DNA of 64,000 nucleotides from Clostridia bacterium (GTDB lineage Bacteria; Bacillota; Clostridia; JAAYHZ01): NCBI GenBank assembly GCA_050950825.1, contig JBMNIH010000006.1, positions 224,001 to 288,000 of the forward strand, read 5' to 3'. Shown piece by piece: positions 56,492 to 64,000 of this stretch (position 1 is its first letter; each line of letters starts with the position of its first letter). The notes under the pieces were generated by a model. It saw only the letters and a program-made list of their open reading frames with translations, ran no database searches and was not told where the DNA came from. The position numbers and the translations under genes were made by a program.

Positions 56492-59107
56492 TTACGTTTG
56501 CTTTGCGGATGTACTCAGCTCAAACAAAAGATTCAAAGCTTCCAATGGCGTCATATTCTGAACATCCGTTTCTCTTAATTTCTTCAGTATCAGCTCCGTA
56601 TTTCTGCTTCTATTGTTATAAGCAAGGATGTCCATCTGGCCTTCAATGGGTTTTGAGTCTTTTTTTGTGCGCAATCGTTTTTTATACATATTGGCATTTT
56701 CCAGCTCGGCCAATATTTCTTTGGCTCTCGAAATAACCAAATGGGGAATCCCCGCCAGCCTTGCCACTTGGATGCCGTAGCTTTCGTCGGCTCCCCCTCT
56801 TTCGATTTTACGTAAGAAAACGATGTCATCTCCCTGTTCCCGAGCGGTTACCCTGTAATTCTTGATCCCTTCGTTTCTGTCCTCAAGGTCCGTTAATTCA
56901 TGATAATGAGTAGCGAACAAGGTTCGGCATCCTAAGAATTCTTTGTCGTTTATGTACTCAACCACCGCCCAAGCGATGCTTAACCCGTCAAAGGTACTGG
57001 TTCCGCGACCTACCTCATCCAAGATTAAAAGGCTTTTGGGAGTGGCGTTTTTGATGATGTTGGCCATTTCCACCATCTCCACCATAAAGGTACTCTGTCC
57101 CATTCCCAAATTGTCCGACGCACCGACTCGAGTAAAAATCTTATCCACGATACCGATTTTACCGTAGGATGCCGGAATGAAGCTTCCCATTTGGGCTAAA
57201 ATCACCGTTATGGCTACTTGCCTTAAGTAAGTGGATTTACCCGCCATGTTGGGGCCCGTAATAATGTTCAGACGATTATCGCCGGTATCCAAAAGGGTAT
57301 CGTTAGGAACAAAAGGCGTATCCTTCATCGTTTTCTCTACCACCGGGTGCCTTCCATCCTTGATGATGATCTCGTCGCCTTCGTACACCTCCGGCTTGCA
57401 GTAGTTCTCACGGTCGGCGGTCTCCGCCAAAGACGCCAAGGCATCCAACATGGCCAGCATCTTGGATGTTTCTTTGATCCTTTTGACGGCATCCACCACC
57501 TTTTGCCGTATTTCTTGGAACAGCTCGTATTCCAGTTCCTTTAAATGCTCCTCCGCTCCCGTTACTTCCTCTTCCATTTCTTTGAGCTCTTGGGTTATGT
57601 ATCGTTCGCAGTTCACCAAGGTCTGTTTTCGGATATAGCGGTCCGGTACGAATTTGATATTGGATTTGGATACTTCGATGTAATATCCGAAAACCTTGTT
57701 GTATCCGATTTTCAAGTTCTTAATACCCGTTTTTTCCCGCTCTTGTTCTTGCAAATCCGCAATCCACTTTTTGCCGTTGGAAGACGCATCTCGGAGCTTG
57801 TCCACCTTTTCGTGGTAACCGTCCTTAATGATTCCCCCTTCCGTTATGGTTACGGGAGGCTGTTCGTTAATGGACCGATCCAGCAAGTCGTACAAATCCT
57901 CCAAAGTATCGATACGGCTTCGTATGGATTGTAGAAAAGGATCGTCAAAATCCTTCATGGTTTCCGCAATAGCCGGCAAAGGACCGAAGGAATTTTTCAA
58001 CGACAAAAGATCCCGGCAGTTGACGGAGCCTAATACGGCTTTCGACGTAATACGTTCCATATCGTACACACCGGACAACAATTCTCGGATTTCGGCTCTT
58101 CTTATAAAATTATCCTTAAAGCATTGGACGGCATTCTGACGTTCCGTAATGGACAGAACATCCGTCAAAGGCTGCTCCAACCAGCTTCGAAGCATACGTC
58201 CTCCCATGGCCGTCACCGTTCGATCGATAACCCATAACAAGGAACCGGTCTTTTTTCTTTCCAAAAGAGTTTCCGTAAGCTCCAAATTCCTTCGGGCCAC
58301 AACATCCATCCCCATGAACCCTTCGTATTCATAGAGGTTTAATTGATCGATGTGCTTAGGGAAAACCTTTTGCAGCCGGTCCAAATACAAAAGCAGTGCC
58401 CCGGCCGCGTTAGCGCCGATATGGTACGAGGATAAATCGTCGGATACGTTCTTAAACTGCTCCTTTAAGCGGGTTATGGCATTTTCACGGGAAAATAAGG
58501 AGTCTTCCACCTTATAAACATAAGAACCGCTTACCTTTTGTAATTGATCCTTTAAAAATTCGGCTTCGGAATTGACGATGACCTCCACCGGCATGAACCT
58601 TGCCGCTTCGTTTATAACCTTGTCCTTGGTAGCGCCTAAAACGATTTGGGTGCTGTAGCATTCTCCCGTACCGGTATCTACGGTACAAAGTCCGTAGCAA
58701 GCCCCTTGCTTGTAAATGGCCATCATGTATCGATTGGTCTTGTCTTCCAATACGTTAAGGTCGGTGATGGTTCCCGGAGTAATGACTCGAATAACGTCTC
58801 GGTCTACGATACCGACGGCTTTTTTCGGATCCTCCGTCTGTTCGCAGATGGCCACCTTATAGCCCTTTTCCACCAATCTGGCTATGTAAGAATCGGCCGA
58901 ATGAAAGGGTACGCCGCACATAGGCGCCCTCTCCTCGAATCCGCAATTTCTTCCGGTTAAGGTGATCTCCAATTCCTTCGACGCAACGATGGCATCGTCG
59001 AAAAACATTTCATAAAAATCGCCTAAACGGAAAAATAAAATACAGTCCTTGTATTTTTCTTTGATCTGTTTATACTGCACCATCATCGGTGTAAGCTTCG
59101 ATTCCAT
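56492..59107 (-). CDS. mutS: DNA mismatch repair protein MutS
   Basis: TPMM.QY, FRLGDFYEMF, TGPNMAGKST, STFMVEM, DEVGRGTST, SYGIQVA. Confidence 0.98.
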   Translation of the reverse strand: MESKLTPMMVQYKQIKEKYKDCILFFRLGDFYEMFFDDAIVASKELEITLTGRNCGFEERAPMCGVPFHSADSYIARLVEKGYKVAICEQTEDPKKAVGIVDRDVIRVITPGTITDLNVLEDKTNRYMMAIYKQGACYGLCTVDTGTGECYSTQIVLGATKDKVINEAARFMPVEVIVNSEAEFLKDQLQKVSGSYVYKVEDSLFSRENAITRLKEQFKNVSDDLSSYHIGANAAGALLLYLDRLQKVFPKHIDQLNLYEYEGFMGMDVVARRNLELTETLLERKKTGSLLWVIDRTVTAMGGRMLRSWLEQPLTDVLSITERQNAVQCFKDNFIRRAEIRELLSGVYDMERITSKAVLGSVNCRDLLSLKNSFGPLPAIAETMKDFDDPFLQSIRSRIDTLEDLYDLLDRSINEQPPVTITEGGIIKDGYHEKVDKLRDASSNGKKWIADLQEQEREKTGIKNLKIGYNKVFGYYIEVSKSNIKFVPDRYIRKQTLVNCERYITQELKEMEEEVTGAEEHLKELEYELFQEIRQKVVDAVKRIKETSKMLAMLDALASLAETADRENYCKPEVYEGDEIIIKDGRHPVVEKTMKDTPFVPNDTLLDTGDNRLNIITGPNMAGKSTYLRQVAITVILAQMGSFIPASYGKIGIVDKIFTRVGASDNLGMGQSTFMVEMVEMANIIKNATPKSLLILDEVGRGTSTFDGLSIAWAVVEYINDKEFLGCRTLFATHYHELTDLEDRNEGIKNYRVTAREQGDDIVFLRKIERGGADESYGIQVARLAGIPHLVISRAKEILAELENANMYKKRLRTKKDSKPIEGQMDILAYNNRSRNTELILKKLRETDVQNMTPLEALNLLFELSTSAKQT

Positions 59108-59146
59108 GAAACCCCCTTACGTTTTTCCCTTTTCCCTATCCGTATT

Positions 59147-59542
59147 CTATTTACCGCAGCCCTTGCAGCCTCCGCATCCGCCGCTTTTGCAGTCTTTTTG
59201 AGGCTCTCCGGTAATTCCTTCTAAAATCTTGTTGTTGACTTCTTTCATAAATGCGTCAAACTCATCCTTTGCTTTGAAGAACATACCGGTAGGACGATAT
59301 TCTTGGATTTCTTCTTTTTTCATTTCGATTAAATGTACCAAGCTTTCCAAAACGTCCTCGCCCAATTTATCCTTCTTGGCATTAAGGTACTCTCTTTGCA
59401 ATATTCGAAGATCGTTCAAAAGCTGCAGTCCTTCTTCGTCATGCATGGCCAGTTCTTCGCATTCTTTTAAGGTGATGTATTGCTCGCTCATGCCGATTAG
59501 CTTTCCCAAATCCAATGCCGCTTTCATGATTTCCTCGTCCAT
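59147..59542 (-). CDS. YlbF/YmcA (RicA-like) regulator
   Basis: Helical protein with Cys-rich C-terminus CKSGGCGGCKGC, between miaB and mutS. Confidence 0.8.
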   Translation of the reverse strand: MDEEIMKAALDLGKLIGMSEQYITLKECEELAMHDEEGLQLLNDLRILQREYLNAKKDKLGEDVLESLVHLIEMKKEEIQEYRPTGMFFKAKDEFDAFMKEVNNKILEGITGEPQKDCKSGGCGGCKGCGK

Positions 59543-59575
59543 CGGTTCTTCACCTCCCTCCTTTTTACGGTCCTT

Positions 59576-60979
59576 TTATACCGTTTCTCCTTCTAAGGAC
59601 CAAGCACCGGCATCCGTAATACGTACGTTAATAATTTCGCCCACCGTATCTTCCGGTGCCATAAAGTTTACGATTTTATTGGTATCCGTTCGGCCGGTAC
59701 AAACCGTCTTATCCGTCTTACTGGGTCCTTCGTTCAATACGGCTTCGATACGTCCGATATATTCTCTGTTTTTTTTCAACGAGATGGCATCCTGTACTTC
59801 CAACAATCTTTGGAATCGGTTGTTTTTTACTTCCTTCGGAATTTGGTCCTCTCGTTCCGCCGCCTTAGTGCCTTTCCTTACGGAATAGATAAAGGTGTAC
59901 GCCATGTCGTATTCCGTTTTACGAACAACATCCAAGGTTTCTAAAAAGTCTTCTTCCGTTTCTCCCGGAAAACCTACGATGATGTCCGTGGTAATGGCGA
60001 TTCGAGGCATTTTCTCTCGCGCAAAAGAAACGATGTCCATATACCTTTGTTTGGTATATCGCCGGTTCATCTCCTTTAGGATCCGGTCGGATCCCGCCTG
60101 CAAAGGCAAATGCAAGTGCTTGCAAACCTTATCCAATTCGCTCATGGCAATAATCAGGGAATCCGATATGTCCTTCGGATGGGAAGTCATAAACCGAATT
60201 CGCTCGATTCCCTTCACTTCGCTCAATCGATACAAAAGCTCCGTAAAGTCCGTCTTTTCTTCCAAAGTTTTTCCGTAGGAGTTGACGTTCTGTCCTAACA
60301 GCGTGATTTCTTTGACACCGTCCTCGGCAAGTATTCGGGCTTCTTCCAATATGTCGAAAGGCGCACGGCTTCTCTCCCGTCCCCTTACATAAGGAACGAT
60401 GCAGTAAGAGCAAAAGTTGTTGCAGCCGTACATGATGCTCAGCCAAGCCTTGTATTTATGCTCCCTTTTTAAAGGCACTCCTTCCGGAATATATCCTTCC
60501 GTATCGTATACGCTGATAACGCATTTTTCCTCCGTCAATCGCTCGTAAAGGTTTTTCGGAAGCTCGTGAATGTTTCGGGTGCCGAAAACCAAATCCACAT
60601 GCTTGTATTTGTTTTTTATCTCCTCCACCACATGAGGCTCTTGCATCATGCATCCGGCAACGGCGATCATCATCCAAGGCTTTTCTCTTTTTAACCCTTT
60701 TAACGCCCCCAAATGACCGAATACCTTTAATTCGGCATTTTCTCTTACGCAGCAAGTGTTAAACAGCACAAAATCCGCCGTTTCCATGTCGGAGGCCGGC
60801 GTAAAGCCCATCATCTCCAGCATCCCGGTGTATTTTTCCGATTCGTTCTCGTTCATTTGGCATCCGAAGGTTCGGATATAGTAGGTGGGGGGCTTTCGAT
60901 CCGGACGGATACTTCCGATCCTCTCCCTCACTTCTTGAATATATCGGGCTTGGGTTTCAAAATCGATTCGTTCTGTCAT
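59576..60979 (-). CDS. miaB: tRNA methylthiotransferase MiaB
   Basis: TFGCQMN, NTCCVRE, GCNNFCSYC radical SAM motif, TRAM domain. Confidence 0.96.
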   Translation of the reverse strand: MTERIDFETQARYIQEVRERIGSIRPDRKPPTYYIRTFGCQMNENESEKYTGMLEMMGFTPASDMETADFVLFNTCCVRENAELKVFGHLGALKGLKREKPWMMIAVAGCMMQEPHVVEEIKNKYKHVDLVFGTRNIHELPKNLYERLTEEKCVISVYDTEGYIPEGVPLKREHKYKAWLSIMYGCNNFCSYCIVPYVRGRERSRAPFDILEEARILAEDGVKEITLLGQNVNSYGKTLEEKTDFTELLYRLSEVKGIERIRFMTSHPKDISDSLIIAMSELDKVCKHLHLPLQAGSDRILKEMNRRYTKQRYMDIVSFAREKMPRIAITTDIIVGFPGETEEDFLETLDVVRKTEYDMAYTFIYSVRKGTKAAEREDQIPKEVKNNRFQRLLEVQDAISLKKNREYIGRIEAVLNEGPSKTDKTVCTGRTDTNKIVNFMAPEDTVGEIINVRITDAGAWSLEGETV

Positions 60980-60995
60980 CTTTTTCTTCCTTGCT

Positions 60996-62309
60996 TTACT
61001 CCTCGTATCCGGGCTTCCCTAACAACCGGAACATATTGGTTTTGTAGGCTTCGACACCGGGTTGATCAAAGGGGTTGACGCCCAACATGTATCCGCTGAT
61101 TCCGCAGGCTTTTTCGAAAAAGTAAATCATTCGGCCTAAGGATTCCTCGTTCAGGCGGTCAACCGAAACGGTAAGATTGGGAATCCCGCCTTTCACATGG
61201 GCCAAAACGGTACCCTTTGCCGCCATCTTGTTGATATGGTCCAAGCTTTTTCCGGCAAGATAGTTCAATCCGTCGCTGTTCTTTTCGTCATGGAGCATGT
61301 TCGTATCTTTATACGGTTGTTCAATCGTCAGGCCGGTTTCAAACAAGATGCGCATTCCGTCTTGAACGTACTGCCCCATGGAATGAAGGTCCGCCGTAAA
61401 ATCACAGCCTGCAGGGAAAATTCCCATTTTGTCTTTTCCTTCGCTTTCACCGTAAAGCTGCTTCCACCATTCGGTAAAATAGCGGAGGTTGGGTTCATAA
61501 TGGATCATAAGCTCGATATATTTCCCTTTTTGATACAGGATGTTCCGGCACAAAGCGTACATGCAAGAAGGATTTTCTTCCGCCTTCTTATTCAAGGTTT
61601 CCGATCGCATATCCGCCGCACCCTTCATCAAGGCGTTTATATCAAACCCGGCTGCCGCTATGGGCAAAAGGCCTACCGGCGTCAATACGCTGTATCGTCC
61701 TCCCACGTCATCCGGTATGACAAAGGTTTCGTATCCTTCTTCGTCGGCCAGAGCCTTCAAGGCTCCTCTTTTTGCATCGGTGGTGGCATAGATTCTTTTT
61801 GCCGCTTCCTTTTTGCCGTATTTTTTCTCCATAAGGTCTTTGAAAAACCGAAAAGCGACGGCAGGCTCCGTGGTGGTTCCGGATTTGGAAATCACGTTCA
61901 CGGATAAGTCGTAGTCCTTCACGGCATCCAGCATTTCGAGTAAGTAAGCGGAGCTTAAGTTGTTCCCGGCAAACAAAACCATGGTCTTCTTGCCTTTTCC
62001 GAAAGGCAAAAGACCGGAAAAATGCCCGGATAAAGCGTCAATGACCGCTTTTGCGCCCAAATAGGAACCGCCGATTCCAATGACAACCAAGATATCGCTG
62101 TCTTCCTTTATTTTAGCTGCACATTCCGAAACTTTCGCAAATTCTATCTTGTCGTATCGTACCGGCAAATCCAGCCACCCTAAAAAACCGTTCCCGGGTC
62201 CTTTTCGAGATTCCAACAACTGCATCGCATGCTCCGCTGTCGGAATCCGGTGTTCGATTTCATGAGGATATATGAAATCCTTCGCATATGTGTAATCAAA
62301 TTTAAGCAT
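60996..62309 (-). CDS. pgi: Glucose-6-phosphate isomerase
   Basis: IGIGGSYLG, SKSGTTTE, DDVGGRYS, QLYGESEGK, PFDQPGVEAYK. Confidence 0.97.
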   Translation of the reverse strand: MLKFDYTYAKDFIYPHEIEHRIPTAEHAMQLLESRKGPGNGFLGWLDLPVRYDKIEFAKVSECAAKIKEDSDILVVIGIGGSYLGAKAVIDALSGHFSGLLPFGKGKKTMVLFAGNNLSSAYLLEMLDAVKDYDLSVNVISKSGTTTEPAVAFRFFKDLMEKKYGKKEAAKRIYATTDAKRGALKALADEEGYETFVIPDDVGGRYSVLTPVGLLPIAAAGFDINALMKGAADMRSETLNKKAEENPSCMYALCRNILYQKGKYIELMIHYEPNLRYFTEWWKQLYGESEGKDKMGIFPAGCDFTADLHSMGQYVQDGMRILFETGLTIEQPYKDTNMLHDEKNSDGLNYLAGKSLDHINKMAAKGTVLAHVKGGIPNLTVSVDRLNEESLGRMIYFFEKACGISGYMLGVNPFDQPGVEAYKTNMFRLLGKPGYEE

Positions 62310-62428
62310 TCGGCACCTCTTTGTATTCTGTATGTTATTCTCGTATGATTTCTTATGTTTTTCAATTCAAGATTCTTTATATTATACCACGTCGCACAAC
62401 GATGCAGTCAGGGATTTTTGTTTGATTT

Positions 62429-62938
62429 TTAAAAAGATTCGAAAGAAACCACTTCTTCGAAGCTCTTTCGAGGACGAGGCGGGGTTTCCTTCGCCGGATA
62501 GCCTAACGGCGTAACGGCAACCACAACGGCTTCTTCCGGGATGTTCAGAATTTCTTTTACCTTATCCTGCTGAAAGCTTCCTATCCAGCAGGTTCCCAAA
62601 CCCTGCTCGTAAGCTTCCAGAATCATATGGGTCATGGCGATAGACACGTCCACGATATGCCTCGGAATACCGCATCCCATGTTGCCGTAGTCTTTTAATG
62701 CGCAAGCGGCGATAAATACGGGGGCTTCTCCTACAAAGGTTTGGTTGTTGCAGGCTTCCGTCAGACGCCGGATGGTGTTCTTGTCCGTTACGGCAATGAA
62801 CTTCCAATTTTGAAGGTTTCGAGCCGAGGGGGCCAGCCGTGCCGCTTCCAATACCGCTTTTAATTTTTCCGGTTCCACTTCCTTCGGCAAATAGCTTCTT
62901 ACGCTTCTTCTGCCTTTGATAGCCGTCATAACATCCAT
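62429..62938 (-). CDS. Nitroreductase family protein
   Basis: RRSVRSY, APSARNLQNW.F, GLGTCWIG. Confidence 0.92.
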   Translation of the reverse strand: MDVMTAIKGRRSVRSYLPKEVEPEKLKAVLEAARLAPSARNLQNWKFIAVTDKNTIRRLTEACNNQTFVGEAPVFIAACALKDYGNMGCGIPRHIVDVSIAMTHMILEAYEQGLGTCWIGSFQQDKVKEILNIPEEAVVVAVTPLGYPAKETPPRPRKSFEEVVSFESF

Positions 62939-63004
62939 TCTTTGATCCCTACCTTTCTTTTTATAAATAATCCCCCGCTTTCTTTGTTGAGGCGGGGGAC
63001 TTTT

Positions 63005-63646
63005 TTAAAATATCGTTTCTATATCCAAGGTGCTGTCAAAGATGTAATCGGGTTTTTCCGCCTCCAATCTCTTGCGAGGAAAAGAGGATGTAATGGCGAT
63101 GCAGCGCATTCCGGCGGCCTTCGCCGCTTGGATGCCGTTTACGGCATCTTCCACCACCCAGCAGTTCTCGGAAGGCAGGCCTAAACGCTCTCCCCCCTTA
63201 AGGAAGATATCCGGTGCCGGTTTTTTCCGAACCACGTCTTCCCCGGTTAACACCGCTTGGAAAAGATCAAAGGCGATTCCTGCGGTTTTTAAATTGAGCT
63301 TCACCTTGATCATATCGGCGCTGCTGGCCAGTGCCAGTCGGTATCCTTTTTTCGATAAACGAACCAGCATTTCCGGTACCCCGGCATAAATCTTCAAATG
63401 CTTCTCCACCAGATCCCCGTAAATCTTGTAAACCAAGGCCTTCATTTCGGGAACATAAGGTACGCCGTATTTTTCCGAAACGCCGCCGACAAAACGATCC
63501 TCACCGGCACCCACAAAGGGGTCGAAATCCTCCGGCTTCGCGAAGACGCCGTATTCTTTTAATCCTCGGATGGCCGCCATTCGTATTACCGGTTCGCTGT
63601 CCACCAGTACGCCATCCATATCAAAAATGATACCCGTATCTTTCAT
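63005..63646 (-). CDS. HAD-family phosphatase (beta-PGM-like)
   Basis: FDMDGVLVDS, KKPAPDIF, VEDAVNGIQAA. Confidence 0.92.
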   Translation of the reverse strand: MKDTGIIFDMDGVLVDSEPVIRMAAIRGLKEYGVFAKPEDFDPFVGAGEDRFVGGVSEKYGVPYVPEMKALVYKIYGDLVEKHLKIYAGVPEMLVRLSKKGYRLALASSADMIKVKLNLKTAGIAFDLFQAVLTGEDVVRKKPAPDIFLKGGERLGLPSENCWVVEDAVNGIQAAKAAGMRCIAITSSFPRKRLEAEKPDYIFDSTLDIETIF

Positions 63647-63650
63647 TACC

Positions 63651-64000
63651 TTACCCTTTTACATTGTCCAGAGGAACCAGCTTCAACGCGTTCTTGAAGT
63701 AAATCTTGTCCTTGACTTCTTGGCTCAAATTCAAGGATTCCAAAAATTCTTGATGCTGGTTGTCGAAATAGTCTCTTCCGTACATGATACGATCTTGGTA
63801 TTCGTTCAAGAACCACAAAGCAAATTCGGGATCTCGTTTCAAGGCGTTGCATCCGGAGCCTGCGGAAATGTCGCAGTACAAATTCGGATAATCGTTCAGC
63901 ATTTGAATCAATTTTCCGCCTTCCACCACTTTTCCTTTCGGATAAGCGACGGTTTTGTATTGATCGTCACCGGAGATATGCGCCCAAAAGCCCGGTGCAT
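63651..64000 (-). CDS. Amidohydrolase_2-family protein, C-terminal part (starts beyond the window)
   Basis: APGFWAHISG, YPNLYCDISAGSG, DRIMYGRDYF, KIYFKNA. Confidence 0.8.
   Translation of the reverse strand, partial: APGFWAHISGDDQYKTVAYPKGKVVEGGKLIQMLNDYPNLYCDISAGSGCNALKRDPEFALWFLNEYQDRIMYGRDYFDNQHQEFLESLNLSQEVKDKIYFKNALKLVPLDNVKG

Noticed and set aside
1-64000. CRISPR arrays, tRNA/rRNA genes, prophage or defence systems
   Set aside because: No regularly spaced repeats, tRNA/rRNA signatures, integrase or phage/defence genes were recognised by eye.

Overview
A mostly minus-strand chromosomal segment from a Bacillota (Clostridia-like) anaerobe, judged from the T-box, Firmicutes-type SOS boxes, yneA/lexA and ymcA-mutS-mutL-miaA-hfq. 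Bases 1-11000 hold a type IVa pilus locus (pilA, ISLre2 insertion, pilP-like, secretin-N-domain protein, pilT, pilC, pilM, pilN, pilO, pilB). The rest contains serA/serC, an NlpC/P60 hydrolase, engB, a Na+-decarboxylase beta/gamma pair, rpsU, a T-box-controlled serS-alaS-hit operon, sugar/amino-sugar genes, trkAH, a transcarboxylase-like triad, an intact IS30 element, uncharacterised envelope genes, the lexA/yneA divergon and miaB through pgi. Two observations stand out. (1) A LysM + N0 + 4-5 N-repeat 'PilQ' that completely lacks the secretin beta-barrel sits beside a membrane-anchored PilP-like protein, a candidate cell-wall conduit for pili. (2) One T-box has overlapping Ala (GCC) and Ser (AGC) codons in its specifier loop and precedes a serS-alaS operon. 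Several single-base frameshifts (pilA, lexA, an oxidoreductase, a DUF4230-like gene) look like sequencing errors. Family calls come from motif recognition by eye, with no database search.
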